Below are positions 52,004 through 63,356 of a DNA stretch of 64,000 bases, in pieces (the stretch's first letter is position 1; every line of letters begins with the position of its first letter). The DNA comes from an uncultured delta proteobacterium (lineage in GTDB: Bacteria > Desulfobacterota > Binatia > UBA9968): positions 224,001 to 288,000 of the forward strand of contig CAVSLC010000010.1 of the NCBI GenBank assembly GCA_963728565.1, in the 5' to 3' direction. The notes beneath the pieces are model-generated. The model saw only the letters and a list, made by a program, of their open reading frames with translations. It searched no databases and was not told where the DNA came from. Both the position numbers and the translations under genes were made by a program.

Positions 52004-54468
52004 ATGAAACCGCAATTCACTATCGTTGAATTTCTCCAGACAGTGCTTTGTTGTGTTTATGTCCTTTCACTTACGTCGACTTCAGCCTTGTGGGCACAGG
52101 AAAAGGTTGGCCTTAAAGACGTCAGGATAACCGGCAATGTGAGAGTCGAAGAAGACGGTATTCGACTTCATATCAAAAGCCGAGCCGGTGCCGATTTCGA
52201 TCCCGCTCTCGTCGAACAAGACGTCAAAGCGATTTTTAGGATGGGATTCTTCGACGACGTCGAAGCCCAGCTCTCCCCTGAGAACGTATTGATCTATTCA
52301 GTCAAAGAGAAACCCTACGTGCGCGAGGTAAGAATACAGGGCGCCTCACAAGTAGGGCGTGAGAAAATCGAAACCGCTCTCGGCGTGACGCCGCGAACGG
52401 TTCTCGACCGGAGCAAGGTTGCCGAGGGTATCGAGAAGGTCAGAAGGCTGTACGGCGAGCAGGGGTACGGGAATGCTCAGGTGGATTATGCCGTATCGGT
52501 TGAATCTAACAATCAGGCCGTTTTGGTCCTTGATATAAACGAGGGGAATCGGCTGTTGATCAAGAAGATCAGCTTCGAAGGTAATCGCACGTTTAGCGAA
52601 AGCGAACTCAAAGGCTTGATGGCGACGAAGGAAGAGTGGCTCTTTTCTTTCATAACAAATCGCGGTGTTCTGGATCGCGATATCCTGACCAATGATGTTG
52701 CCATTTTAGGTAATCATTACATCGATCACGGCTACATCGATCATAAGATCGATGAGCCGGTGGTGTTACGCGGCCGCGATGGCCTGGAATTGGTGATCAG
52801 AGTCCACGAAGGGCCGCAATACCGTGTCGGCAAGGTCGAGATCGGCGGGGACTTGATTCAAGGCGGCGAAGAGATGCTGAAGCGGGTGAAAATCACCGAA
52901 GGGCAGATCTTTAGAGGCAGCCGTTTGCGTGACGATATTTCCGCCTTGACCGATCTCTACTCCAACAAAGGGTTTGCTTTCGCGCAAATCGAACCGGTCA
53001 CCAAAGTCAACGCCAGTGAAAAGAAGGTCGATATCGCGCTGGTCATCGCTAAAGGTCCGCCGGTGTACTTCAATCGAGTTTTAGTCGCGGGGAACACCAA
53101 AACCAGGGATAAGGTGGTTCGCAGGGAGTTACTGACTTCCGAACAAGAGCTCTATTCCAGTTCGAAGATCTCTCAGAGCCGAAACGCGCTTCAACGGACC
53201 GGGTATTTTGAGGACGTCCAGCTGACCACGAAAAAGACTGACCAACCTGATACGGTGGATCTCCTGGTCGATGTTAAGGAAGGGCCTACCGGCACATTCA
53301 CCTTGGGGGCCGGTTTTAGCAGCGGGGACGGGTTTATTTTCAATGCCAGCATCGCCGAAAAGAATTTGTTTGGCCGCGGCCAGGGACTTAACGGCAGTTT
53401 CGCAATCGGCTCCAGTCGCCAAGACTTTATAGTCGGGTTTGCCGAGCCGTACTTCAACGACACTCCGATGGCTTTAGGGGTCGATGCCTTCAACACGCAG
53501 CGCGAATTCAACGATTTCGATGAAAGAAAGTTGGGTTTCGGAATCAATACTAGCTATCCTTTGAAGGATCTCAGCGTGCCGTTTTATGGCCGGCTTAGGA
53601 AGCAGCCTGCGCTCGGATCGGATCAATTGGCCAGCAATCCGGCGCCCTCGGTTTGGGATTATATGCGCGGCGGAATAGGTTATGACTTTACTCGTGAGAC
53701 CATCAATAATGTCGAGGCCACGGCTCCAACGACAATTCAGGACGAAAAAGGCACATCGTTAACCAGCGCGATGACCCCAAGCATTAGCTACGACAGCCGG
53801 GATCATTTCTTTAACCCGACCGAGGGAGCTAAATCCGCTTTCTCGGTCAAGTTTGCGGGATTGGGCGGCGATAATCGTTTTATCAAATCAGATTTGAGCG
53901 GTCGCTGGTATTATCCTCTTTTGAAAGACCCTAACTGGGGCGGCGCCTATGTGCTGTCTTTAGGCGGATCCCTGGGGTACGGCGTCGGATTGGTCCAACG
54001 CTCTGATAGTATAAACGATTTGCCGCTGTTCGAGCGTTACTTCCTTGGCGGAATCAATTCCGTGCGCGGCTTCGCGGAACGAAGCCTCGGTCCGCGGGAA
54101 CCCGCCAATTGCGATAGATGGGATAATGCACCGACACTGAAGTAGTCGGTGGCGACAAGGCGATGGTACTGAGCGCCGAACTGATGTTTCCAATCATGGA
54201 GCAATTCGGGCTTCGCGGCGTGGCTTTCTTCGATATGGGTAATTCGTTCGGTGGATCTGATAAGTTCAGTATCACTGACCTTAGAAGATCGGTCGGTTTC
54301 GGAGCGCGATGGATGTCCCCGTTTGGTCCTTTGCGTGTCGAGCTTGGATTCCCCCTGAACAAGCAATCCGATGATGAAACTTCGGTCATCGGCTTCACTC
54401 TGGGCAGCCCAGCCCTAGCTGGCATTCTTGTCCCCTGTCCACTAAGCTCTAATTTTCTGGAGGCGTAA
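52004..54468 (+). CDS. bamA: Outer-membrane protein assembly factor BamA (frameshift at ~54126; possible second indel near 54410, giving an end at ~54418)
   Basis: POTRA repeats, GNTKTRDKVVRRE, NLFGRGQ, GGINSVRGF; next frame TEVVGGDKAMVLSAE...WMSPFGPLR. Confidence 0.92.
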
Positions 54469-54975
54469 GTGAAATATTGGTTGGTTTTGTTTTTGAGTCT
54501 TCTGTGTATTCCAGCAGTTGGAGCCCAAGACCGGGTCAAAATCGGCTTTATCGACATACAGCGCGCGATCTCGGATTCCAACGCCGGTAAACGGGCCAAG
54601 GAACGATTTCAGGCGCAGGTGAAAAAGGCGGAAGCTGAGCTTCTTAAAGAAAAGACCGAGCTCGAGCGGCTCAAGGCGGATCTGGATAAAAAGGGACCTC
54701 TGATGAAGGAGGAAGAGCGGCGCAACTTGGAGGTTGATCTGCAGAGACGATACGTCAATTATCAACGAACAATGACTGACCAGCAACAGGAGCTTCGGCA
54801 GAAAGAGGGCGCATTAACCGGAGACATCCTCAAAGAGCTCGAGAAGATTGTCAACGAGATCGGAAAATCCGACAAATTTACTTTGATCTTGGAACGAAAC
54901 CAAATTCTTTACAGCGACCAAGGAATCGACGTCACAAACAAAGTGATCGAAGTTTTCAACAGCCGCAATAAATAG
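54469..54975 (+). CDS. skp: OmpH/Skp periplasmic chaperone
   Basis: Signal peptide, KIGFID, coiled coil, DVTNKVI; position after bamA. Confidence 0.9.
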   Translation: MKYWLVLFLSLLCIPAVGAQDRVKIGFIDIQRAISDSNAGKRAKERFQAQVKKAEAELLKEKTELERLKADLDKKGPLMKEEERRNLEVDLQRRYVNYQRTMTDQQQELRQKEGALTGDILKELEKIVNEIGKSDKFTLILERNQILYSDQGIDVTNKVIEVFNSRNK

Positions 54976-54977
54976 AA

Positions 54978-56043
54978 GTGCCGCCGCGAGAACGAATACT
55001 TCGCGATTTGGCCGAGTACGTCGGCGGCCGAATTATCGGCGACGATTCCGTCAAGATCTCTAGAGTTTCGCCGATCGAAGAAGCCGGTACGGGCGATATT
55101 ACCTTTCTCGCTAACCCTCGCTACGCCAGGTTCATTTCGGCTTCCAAGGCCAGCGCGATTATCGTCGCGCCCCAACTGGTGGCCCCCGAGCGAGCGCAAA
55201 CCGGTCAAGGTTTCTTAGAGGTGGCGCAGCCCTATGTGGCGTTTGCTAAAATTCTTCAGCTGTTTGCTCCGGGTGCCGAGTATCGCCGGGAAATTGCTCC
55301 TTCCGCGCATATTGATCCGACCGCAAAGCTTGGTCACGATGTCTCGGCCTACCCCAATGTCTATATAGGGAAATCCGTCCTGATCGGAGATCGCAGCGTT
55401 TTGCTTCCAGGGGTGTTTTTGGGCGATCGAGTGGAGATCGGTAGCGACTGCGTGCTGCATCCCAACGTGGTCGTTCGCGATGGATGCCGGCTCGGCAACA
55501 GGGTCATTCTTCATGCGGGTGTGGTTATTGGCAGCGATGGCTTCGGCTACGCGGGGAGCGGCGAACATAGGATCAAGATCCCTCAGGTGGGCATCGTCGA
55601 GGTCGAAGACGATGTCGAGATCGGCGCCAATACAACGATCGATCGCGCAACTCTTGGCCGCACACTCATTGGACGAGGCGCTAAAATCGATAATCTCGTG
55701 CAAATTGCGCATAATGTTACCGTGGGAGCAAACTCGGTGATCGCGGCGCAAGCCGGGATCGCCGGCAGTACGAAATTGGGCAAGAATGTGACTTTGGCCG
55801 GACAAGTGGGGGTAGTCAATCATATCGAGATCGGCGACGGAGCGGTCATCGGACCGCAGTCCGGAGTGCCTCAGTCTGTGCCAGCGGGAGCGTTGCTGTC
55901 TGGGCGGTATTGGCGTAGCGCCGCATCACGAGTGGCTAAAGGTGATGACTCTTTTGCCGCAGCTACCTAAGCTGTGGACACTGGTGCGGCGCCTCGAGAA
56001 GCAAGTGGCACAGCTTGCGAATCGGCAACCAAAGGAAAAGTAG
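54978..56043 (+). CDS. lpxD: UDP-3-O-acyl-glucosamine N-acyltransferase LpxD (extra G at ~55903)
   Basis: GSDGFGY, KIPQVG, GANTTIDR, KIDNLVQIAHNV; C-terminal HHEWLKVMTLLPQLPKL...KEK* in shifted frame. Confidence 0.93.
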
Positions 56044-56047
56044 GGTT

Positions 56048-56485
56048 ATGGTCGAGGTCAAAGACATCCTAAAATATCTTCCCCATCGGTATCCGTTTCT
56101 GTTGGTCGATAAGGTTTTGCAAATCGATGGAGAAGAGAAAATCGTCGCTATCAAGAATGTCTCGTTCAACGAGAATTTCTTCCAAGGCCACTTTCCCAAC
56201 CGCCCGGTGATGCCGGGAGTATTGATCTGTGAAGCTATGGCTCAGGTCGGCGCGATCTTCGCACATAACGCCCGCGGCGGTATGGAAGATAACAAGGTGT
56301 TCGTGCTTACCGGTCTGGATAATGTGAAATTCAAACGGCCGGTGGAACCCGGAGACCAATTACGAATGGAATTGACCTGTTTGAAGCGCCGCGGCAGTTT
56401 CTGGAAAATGCACGGGAACGCGTTGGTCGACGGCAAGCTGGTGGCTCAGGCTGAGATTTCCGCCATGGAAATCGACATGCCCTAG
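56048..56485 (+). CDS. fabZ: 3-hydroxyacyl-ACP dehydratase FabZ
   Basis: LPHRYPFLLVD, FFQGHFP, MPGVLICEAMAQ. Confidence 0.96.
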   Translation: MVEVKDILKYLPHRYPFLLVDKVLQIDGEEKIVAIKNVSFNENFFQGHFPNRPVMPGVLICEAMAQVGAIFAHNARGGMEDNKVFVLTGLDNVKFKRPVEPGDQLRMELTCLKRRGSFWKMHGNALVDGKLVAQAEISAMEIDMP

Positions 56486-56493
56486 GGTTCACC

Positions 56494-57270
56494 ATGAGCA
56501 GGATCCACCAGACAGCTTTGATCGATCGCCATGCGGAAATAGATACTGACGTTGAGATCGGCCCTTACAGTGTTATTGGCGCCGGAGTAAAAATCGGCCA
56601 ACAAACCAGAGTGGCGTCTCACGTGGTGATTGAAGGCCGCACTTCAATCGGCCAAGGGAACACGATCTATCAATTTGCCACCATCGGATCCAGGCCGCAG
56701 GATCTCAAGTACAGGGGAGAGGCCAGCGAATTGATCATCGGCAACCACAACACCATCCGAGAATACGTCTCGCTTAATCCAGGAACCGCCGGCGGCGGAA
56801 TGGTCACCCGTGTGGGTGACCATAATTTGTTGATGATGCACTGCCATATCGCTCACGACTGTCTGATCGGCAGCCACAATATCATTGCCAATGGCGCCAC
56901 GCTGGGCGGGCATGTGATGGTCCAAGATTATGTGATCGTCGGCGGCTTGGTTGGCATTCATCAGTTCGCCCGTATCGGCTCGGGAGCGATTTTGGGAGCG
57001 GGATCAATGGTTTCCAAAGATGTTCCGCCTTTTTGCAATGCCACCGGTGATCGGGCCCGTCTTCGCGGGCTCAACCTCGAAGGACTAAAACGCCGGGGTT
57101 TTACTACCGCCGCGATCGACGCTTTGAAGAAGGCTTACCGGATAATATTCCAATCGAAGCTCAAAACCAAAGACGCGCTAGAAAAGGTCCGCCGCGAGAT
57201 ATCACCCACGGCCGAAATCGATATCTTGTTAGCTTTCATCGCCCAATCTCAACGCGGCATTTGCCGATAG
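56494..57270 (+). CDS. lpxA: UDP-GlcNAc acyltransferase LpxA
   Basis: Hexapeptide repeats, PQDLKY, IRE, HIAHDC, LGGHV, IHQF. Confidence 0.96.
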   Translation: MSRIHQTALIDRHAEIDTDVEIGPYSVIGAGVKIGQQTRVASHVVIEGRTSIGQGNTIYQFATIGSRPQDLKYRGEASELIIGNHNTIREYVSLNPGTAGGGMVTRVGDHNLLMMHCHIAHDCLIGSHNIIANGATLGGHVMVQDYVIVGGLVGIHQFARIGSGAILGAGSMVSKDVPPFCNATGDRARLRGLNLEGLKRRGFTTAAIDALKKAYRIIFQSKLKTKDALEKVRREISPTAEIDILLAFIAQSQRGICR

Positions 57271-58124
57271 CTGAGGTCACCTCCGATCCAGCGCTCGCCA
57301 GCGTGAACTCTCTTTACGACAAGCGAATAGGTTTAATCGCCGGCAACGGTCGGTTCCCCTATATTTTCGCTCAGGAAGCCAAACGAGGCGGATACTCTGT
57401 TGTAGCAGTTGCTCATCGCGACGAGACACTTGCAGAGATTGAGAACGTTGTCGACGAATTGACCTGGGTTTACGTTGGACAGCTGGGAAAAATCATCCGC
57501 ACCTTTCATCGCGCGCAAGTCACCCAGGCGGTCATGGCAGGTGGGATTCGCAAAGTGAGGCTGTTCGGCAATTTCCGACCTGACTTGCGTGGTGCCAACT
57601 TTCTGGCCCGTCTGAAGAGTCGGGACGATGATGCCTTACTTCGTGGTATCGCCAACGAGCTTGAGAAGGACGGGATTACGATTTTGGAATCAACTCTGTG
57701 CGTGCCGCAAATTATTACCACTGCCGGCGTTCTGACCCGCCAGGTGCCATCCGATCGGCATTGGAAGGACATCCGTTTCGGCCTCCATGTTGCCAAAGAA
57801 ATCGGCCGTCTGGGTATTGGCCAAACCGTTGTAGTAAAAAATGGCATGGTGATCGCCGTAGAGGCGGTGGAAGGCACCGATGAGGCGATTAAGCGGGGCG
57901 GTAGTTTGGCGCGTTCCGGTTGTGTGGTCATCAAGGTCAGCAAGCCGAACCAAGATCTGCGCTTCGACGTTCCCGCCGTTGGCGTGGAAACTATCAAAAT
58001 ACTTCGCCAAGCCGGCGCGGTTGCTTTAGCTCTAGAAGCGGGGAAAACATTATTGTTGGAGAAAGATGCGCTGCTCGCGGAGGCCGATGCCGGCGGAATC
58101 GCTGTTGTCGGCGTGGCCGCTTGA
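57261..58124 (+). CDS. lpxI: UDP-2,3-diacylglucosamine diphosphatase LpxI (DUF1009)
   Basis: GLIAGNGRFP, IGQTVVV, AVEAVEGTD, KPNQDLRFDVP. Confidence 0.93.
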   Translation: MPIAEVTSDPALASVNSLYDKRIGLIAGNGRFPYIFAQEAKRGGYSVVAVAHRDETLAEIENVVDELTWVYVGQLGKIIRTFHRAQVTQAVMAGGIRKVRLFGNFRPDLRGANFLARLKSRDDDALLRGIANELEKDGITILESTLCVPQIITTAGVLTRQVPSDRHWKDIRFGLHVAKEIGRLGIGQTVVVKNGMVIAVEAVEGTDEAIKRGGSLARSGCVVIKVSKPNQDLRFDVPAVGVETIKILRQAGAVALALEAGKTLLLEKDALLAEADAGGIAVVGVAA

Positions 58125-58137
58125 GCAGCAATTAAAC

Positions 58138-59070
58138 ATGCATCCACGCCGGAAAATCCCAGCTGCGGTCATCGGGGTCGGATACTTAGGTAAATTTCAT
58201 GCGGAGAAGTATGCCGCCTCGGAAAAGGCTGATCTCGTCGCTGTGGTCGATGAGGATAGTGCCCGTGCCGCTGAAATTGGCGGCGGCGTGGGAGCCGTGG
58301 GATTGACCGATTACCGCGAGCTATTCGGCCGAGTACAGTGTGTCAGTATTGCCGTTCCAACTCGGGTCCACTATCAAGTCGCCAAAGACTTAATAACCGC
58401 CGGCATCGATGTGCTGGTCGAAAAACCGCTCGCGGCAAACCTGGACGAGGCAAGGGATTTGGTCGCCCTGGCCGAGTCTCGGAATTGTATTCTGCAGGTG
58501 GGGCATCTGGAGCGCTTTAACCCGGCAATCCGGCGCCTCGAAGGAGTCATCAAAGAGCCGAAGTTCGTCGAATGCCATCGGTTGGCACCGTTCGTCGAAA
58601 GAGGCACGGATGTTGACGTCGTGCTTGATCTGATGATTCACGACATCGATGTTATTGCCAGCTTGGTTCGTTCTCCGGTGATTCGTGTGGAGGCAGTTGG
58701 CGTGCCGGTTCTGACCGAAACGCCGGACATTGCCAACGCCCGGCTGATATTTGCCAACGGCTGCATCGCCAACGTCACCGCCAGCCGAGTCTCGATCAAG
58801 CGGGAACGAAAAGTTCGATTCTTTCAACCTGACGCTTATATCTCAATCGACTACGATCAACGCCGTGCCCAGATAATCTACAAGCCGGCGCCGGGCGCGG
58901 GATGGCTAGACCTGCGCAGTGAAAACATCGAATTCAAGGAAGGAGATGCTCTCGCCGATGAGATCGACTCATTTCTCGATTGTGTGCGCTCGCGAACGGC
59001 CCCCCTGGTCAGCGGCGTTGACGGCCTCAACGCCTTGGAAATAGCATCGTTGATCCGAGCTCAGCTTTGA
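58138..59070 (+). CDS. Gfo/Idh/MocA oxidoreductase, GnnA-like (UDP-GlcNAc 3-dehydrogenase)
   Basis: GVGYLGKFHAEKY, VEKP, VGHLERFNP, DVVLDLMIHDID; sits between lpxI and lpxB. Confidence 0.85.
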   Translation: MHPRRKIPAAVIGVGYLGKFHAEKYAASEKADLVAVVDEDSARAAEIGGGVGAVGLTDYRELFGRVQCVSIAVPTRVHYQVAKDLITAGIDVLVEKPLAANLDEARDLVALAESRNCILQVGHLERFNPAIRRLEGVIKEPKFVECHRLAPFVERGTDVDVVLDLMIHDIDVIASLVRSPVIRVEAVGVPVLTETPDIANARLIFANGCIANVTASRVSIKRERKVRFFQPDAYISIDYDQRRAQIIYKPAPGAGWLDLRSENIEFKEGDALADEIDSFLDCVRSRTAPLVSGVDGLNALEIASLIRAQL

Positions 59071-59097
59071 TCTGCCCGAAGTGTCGACATTTCGCTT

Positions 59098-60247
59098 ATG
59101 AATCGTGGCAGAGAGATCATGCTGGTCGTCGGCGAAGCCTCCGGCGATATGCATGGGGCCAGCCTGGTCAAAGCGTTATTGAAGCGAGATCCGAATCTCA
59201 CGTTCTTCGGCGTCGCCGGCGACCAGCTGCAACGAACAAGTTTCGAGACCCTTTTCACCGTGTCGAAACTGACCGGAATGGGGCTCCTCGAATTGGCAGG
59301 CAACATCAAAAATATTATCGCAGCGTATCGTCTTTTGCGCCGGACATTGCGGACACGCAGACCGAGCCTTCTCATCCTCATCGACTTCCCGGAATTCAAT
59401 TTGCGACTGGCCAGGCTCGCTAAAAAACTCGATGTGCCGGTGCTCTATTACGTTAGTCCCCAGGTATGGGCGTGGCGCCGCGGCAGAATCCGGGAAATCG
59501 CCCAGGTAGTTGACAAGATGGCGGTGGTGTTCCCGTTTGAAGTCGAGTTCTATGAGGGACACCACGTGCCAGTCGAATTTGTCGGCCATCCATTGCTGGA
59601 TGTCGTGCGGGTGAGTCAAAAACGTGAGTCTATCTTGAGCGAACTCGGGTTGGACAAAGAAAGGCCGGTCATCGCGTTGCTTCCGGGGAGCAGGCGAAAA
59701 GAAGTTGCTTATCATTTGCCGATAATGGTTGCCGCGGCCACCGAGTTGAAGCGCGTTGCGCAGGCGCAGTTTTTTTGTGTCAGAGCCAATACCCTGGATC
59801 GAGCGGAGTTGCAGAAATCGCTGGATCGCGCCGGCTTCGTGATACCTATAGTCGAAGGCGGACGTTACAACGCCATAAATGCCGCGGATCTTGTCTGGGC
59901 GGCTTCCGGGACCGCCACCTTGGAAACAGCGCTGCTCGAGAAACCGATGATCGTGGTTTATCGGGTTTCCTGGGTCACGTATTGGCTTGCTCGCTTGTTG
60001 GTCAAGATCAAATATATCGGCATCGCCAACATCATCGCCGGGAAGGCGATTGTTCCAGAATTGGTTCAATCGGATCTGTCGCCCGAACGGCTTGTGCAGG
60101 AGAGTCAGTCGATACTCAATGATCACGAAGCCCGCAGGACAATGATCGCAAACCTCCGTAGTGCTCCGAGAGCAACTCGGTGCCCCCGGCGCCGCCAATC
60201 GCGTCGCCGAACTGGCCGTCTCATTGATGGCGCCAGTCAAAGCTTAA
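59098..60247 (+). CDS. lpxB: Lipid-A-disaccharide synthase LpxB (extra base at ~60160)
   Basis: GEASGD, IDFPEFN, YVSPQVWAWR, LLPGSR, SGTATLE; shifted tail LREQLGAPGAANRVAE...KA*. Confidence 0.94.
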
Positions 60248-60262
60248 TTAGACTGAGACTCT

Positions 60263-62017
60263 GTGAAAACCTATCGACGCTTACTGCCCTTTTTGAAGCC
60301 GTATATTTGGCCCTACTTCGCATTGGGCATTGTTTGCATGCTTGGCTATAGCGCCACCGACGGCGTGATTCCATTCCTGGTGCGGAGCGTGTTCGATGAT
60401 CTTTTTCAAAAAAAGGATCCGAACATGCTGCGCTATGTTCCTTTAGCCATCATCGTAGTCTTTAGCGCGCGCGGTCTGCTCAACTTCGGCCAGCATTATT
60501 TCAGTGATTATGTTGGGCTGCGCATTATCAATGACGTGCGCAACCAACTCAACTGCCATCTGCAATATCTGTCGCTGGCTTTTTTTTACCGGCATCCCAC
60601 TGGAACACTTCTCTCTCGGGTGGGCAATGACGTCACTCTATTGCGTGCCGTGCTTACGGATGCGCTGGCCTCGCTGGTGCGAGACAGTCTCTCGGTGATC
60701 GTGCTGATCGGCGTTGCCTTTTACCAGGATTGGGTCTTGGCCTCGATCGCGTTTTTTGTATTTCCCGCATCGGTTCTGCCGGTGATGCGCATGAGCAGAA
60801 AAATCAAGCGGTTCACCAAACGCGGGCAGATCAGCACGGGTAATCTAACCGCCCTGCTGCAGGAAAGCGTCCAAGGTAATCGCATCGTCAAGGCGTTCGG
60901 CATGGAAGAGTACGAGATCAAACGTTTTACCGCGGAGAATTGGCGGCTTTTCAAGCAATCGGTGCGGGCAAGCCGAATCAAGGCGGTGGTCACTCCAACG
61001 ATGGAATTTTTGGCTTCCTTCGGGATTGCCGGAGTCGTCTGGTACGGAGGTTCGAGCGTCATCGGCGGCGGTCGAACGCAAGGCGAGTTCATGGCTTTCA
61101 TGGCCGCAATGATGCTCATGTACCAGCCGTTTAAATCCCTTGCCAGAACCTATGCAGCGGTTCAGCAAGGGATTGCCGGGGCGGAAAGAGTCTTCGAAAT
61201 CCTGGATACGCGTGCCGACGTGCAGGAACGTCCCGGCGCCCGAGCGGCTCAGAGGTTCACGGAATCCATCGAATTTCATGATGTGAGCTTCGGTTACGGT
61301 GAAAAGCTGGTCTTGAAGGATATTAACTTGCGCATTAGCGCCGGTGAAATGGTCGCGCTCGTCGGGATTAGCGGTGTCGGCAAAAGCACCATGGCCGACC
61401 TGATCCCGCGCTTTTACGATGTTACGGCCGGCGCCGTTACTATGGACAACATCGATATCCGAGACCTCACGTTGCGAACGTTGCGGCAGCAAATCGGTCT
61501 GGTAAGTCAGCATACCTTTCTGTTTAACGACACGATCCGCAACAACATCAGTTATGGCGATCCGGAACGCAGCATCGATGCTATCATAGCCGCCGCCAAG
61601 GCGGCCTATGCCCACGATTTCATCATGTCGTTGCCCAGGGGCTACGATACCAACATCGGTGAAATGGGGCTGCAACTTTCCGGCGGTCAAAGGCAGCGGC
61701 TCGCGATTGCGCGGGCACTCTTGAAAGACGCGCCGATTCTGATTCTCGACGAGGCGACTTCGGCTCTCGACGCCCAATCAGAACGATCGGTGCAAAATGC
61801 TCTCGATAACCTGATGACCCGACGGACCACAGTAGTGGTGGCGCACCGGCTGTCGACGATTCGTCGCGCGGACCGAATCGTGGTTTTGGTTGGCGGAAAA
61901 ATCGCTGAACAAGGTCGTCACGAGGAACTGATGGCGCGCAAGCAGGAATACAGCCGCCTCTACAGTATGCAGTTGCTCGAAGATGTCCAACCGGTCGAAC
62001 CAAAGATCATGCACTGA
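60263..62017 (+). CDS. msbA: Lipid A flippase MsbA
   Basis: TM domain plus NBD (GISGVGKST, LSGGQRQR, LDEATSALD, AHRLST) inside the lpx operon. Confidence 0.92.
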   Translation: MKTYRRLLPFLKPYIWPYFALGIVCMLGYSATDGVIPFLVRSVFDDLFQKKDPNMLRYVPLAIIVVFSARGLLNFGQHYFSDYVGLRIINDVRNQLNCHLQYLSLAFFYRHPTGTLLSRVGNDVTLLRAVLTDALASLVRDSLSVIVLIGVAFYQDWVLASIAFFVFPASVLPVMRMSRKIKRFTKRGQISTGNLTALLQESVQGNRIVKAFGMEEYEIKRFTAENWRLFKQSVRASRIKAVVTPTMEFLASFGIAGVVWYGGSSVIGGGRTQGEFMAFMAAMMLMYQPFKSLARTYAAVQQGIAGAERVFEILDTRADVQERPGARAAQRFTESIEFHDVSFGYGEKLVLKDINLRISAGEMVALVGISGVGKSTMADLIPRFYDVTAGAVTMDNIDIRDLTLRTLRQQIGLVSQHTFLFNDTIRNNISYGDPERSIDAIIAAAKAAYAHDFIMSLPRGYDTNIGEMGLQLSGGQRQRLAIARALLKDAPILILDEATSALDAQSERSVQNALDNLMTRRTTVVVAHRLSTIRRADRIVVLVGGKIAEQGRHEELMARKQEYSRLYSMQLLEDVQPVEPKIMH

Positions 62018-62031
62018 ACTATCCTCGAGCG

Positions 62032-63321
62032 ATGGGCTATCTAACTTACAATGTGTTTATTACACTGTCTTTCTTGGTCGCCTTGCCAGTTCTTCCACTG
62101 CTGCTGTTCGGAGGAGAACGCTTCCGGGCTGGGTTCGGGCAGAGACTAGGGTGGTATTCAATCGACAGTGCAGTTCGGTCCAAGGCTCAACGACCGCTCT
62201 GGATACACGCGGCTTCGGTCGGGGAGGTCCGGTCCGTGCGCGCGTTGAGCGAACAACTTAGGCGGCGCTTTCCTGATCGTGCTATCATCCTATCCACCTT
62301 GACGCATACGGGAAACCTGACCGCGCGTCAAAATCCGGCGATTGATCGGGTTATTTATTTGCCCTTGGACCTTTGGTGGACAGTGCGACGAGCACTGGCT
62401 GTTTTCGACCCAGCTGTGTTGATTTTTATCGAGACCGAAATCTGGCCCAATTTGTTGCGTCAAGCTCATCGCAAAGGGTTACCGACCATTCTTCTGAGTG
62501 GGCGCGTTTCCGAGAAGGGATATAATAATTACCGCCGGCTCGGGTGGTTCTTCAAAAAAGTCTTTCGATTGTTAAGAGCCTGTGGCATGCAGTCGGAAAT
62601 CGATCGACAGCGAATCATCAGGCTGGGGGCAGCGCCCAGCCGGGTCTCGATTACTGGCAACCTAAAGGATGCCGCTGTGCTGGGTGACGAAACGGCGCGG
62701 TCCGAGATCTGCGAGCAAAGGCCGGGCGACAGCTGGATTTGGGTCGTAGGTAGTTCGCATCGAGGGGAGGAAGAAATTGCCTGTGCGGCGTTCAAAACCT
62801 TGAAGCAGCAATTCCCGCGGCTGCGCATGATTCTAGCGCCGCGTCATCCGCAACGTTTCGCCGAAGTAGGAAAACTGCTGGCTACCAGCGGAGTTTCATT
62901 TGAAAAGAAAAGTAGCATCGGAACCAAGCGCGAGTTCCAACGTGACGTCCTTTTTTTGGACACCATCGGCGACTTGGAACGTTTTTATGCCGACGCCGAT
63001 TTGGCATTTGTCGGCGGCAGCCTGGTAGATGCGGGGGGGCATAATCTTTTGGAACCGGCTCGCTTGCGCAAACCCGTTCTCTTCGGTCCCTATACTTCGA
63101 ATGTGAAGTTGCTGGCGCGGAGGCTGAAACAAAATGGCGGCGGCTTTGAAGTACGAGGCGTCGAAGATTTAGTGCGTGAAATAAGCGAACTGCTGTCGGA
63201 TCCGCAAAAACGCCGGCTAGCTGGGGATAAGGCGTATGAAGTCGCTGTCATAGATGACACCGTCATCGATCAAAGCTTGAATATTGTCGCCAGATATCTC
63301 CCCGCGTCCGCCGCTACCTAG
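62032..63321 (+). CDS. waaA: Kdo transferase
   Basis: WIHAASVGE, ETEIWPN, APRHPQR, GGHNLLEP. Confidence 0.95.
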   Translation: MGYLTYNVFITLSFLVALPVLPLLLFGGERFRAGFGQRLGWYSIDSAVRSKAQRPLWIHAASVGEVRSVRALSEQLRRRFPDRAIILSTLTHTGNLTARQNPAIDRVIYLPLDLWWTVRRALAVFDPAVLIFIETEIWPNLLRQAHRKGLPTILLSGRVSEKGYNNYRRLGWFFKKVFRLLRACGMQSEIDRQRIIRLGAAPSRVSITGNLKDAAVLGDETARSEICEQRPGDSWIWVVGSSHRGEEEIACAAFKTLKQQFPRLRMILAPRHPQRFAEVGKLLATSGVSFEKKSSIGTKREFQRDVLFLDTIGDLERFYADADLAFVGGSLVDAGGHNLLEPARLRKPVLFGPYTSNVKLLARRLKQNGGGFEVRGVEDLVREISELLSDPQKRRLAGDKAYEVAVIDDTVIDQSLNIVARYLPASAAT

Positions 63322-63356
63322 TTGGTCGGCCGTCGCCATACACGTTTGGAGTCTTG

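Noticed and set aside
59176-61777. Long minus-strand ORFs 59176..60240 and 60845..61777
   Set aside because: Antisense to lpxB and msbA with no recognisable motifs
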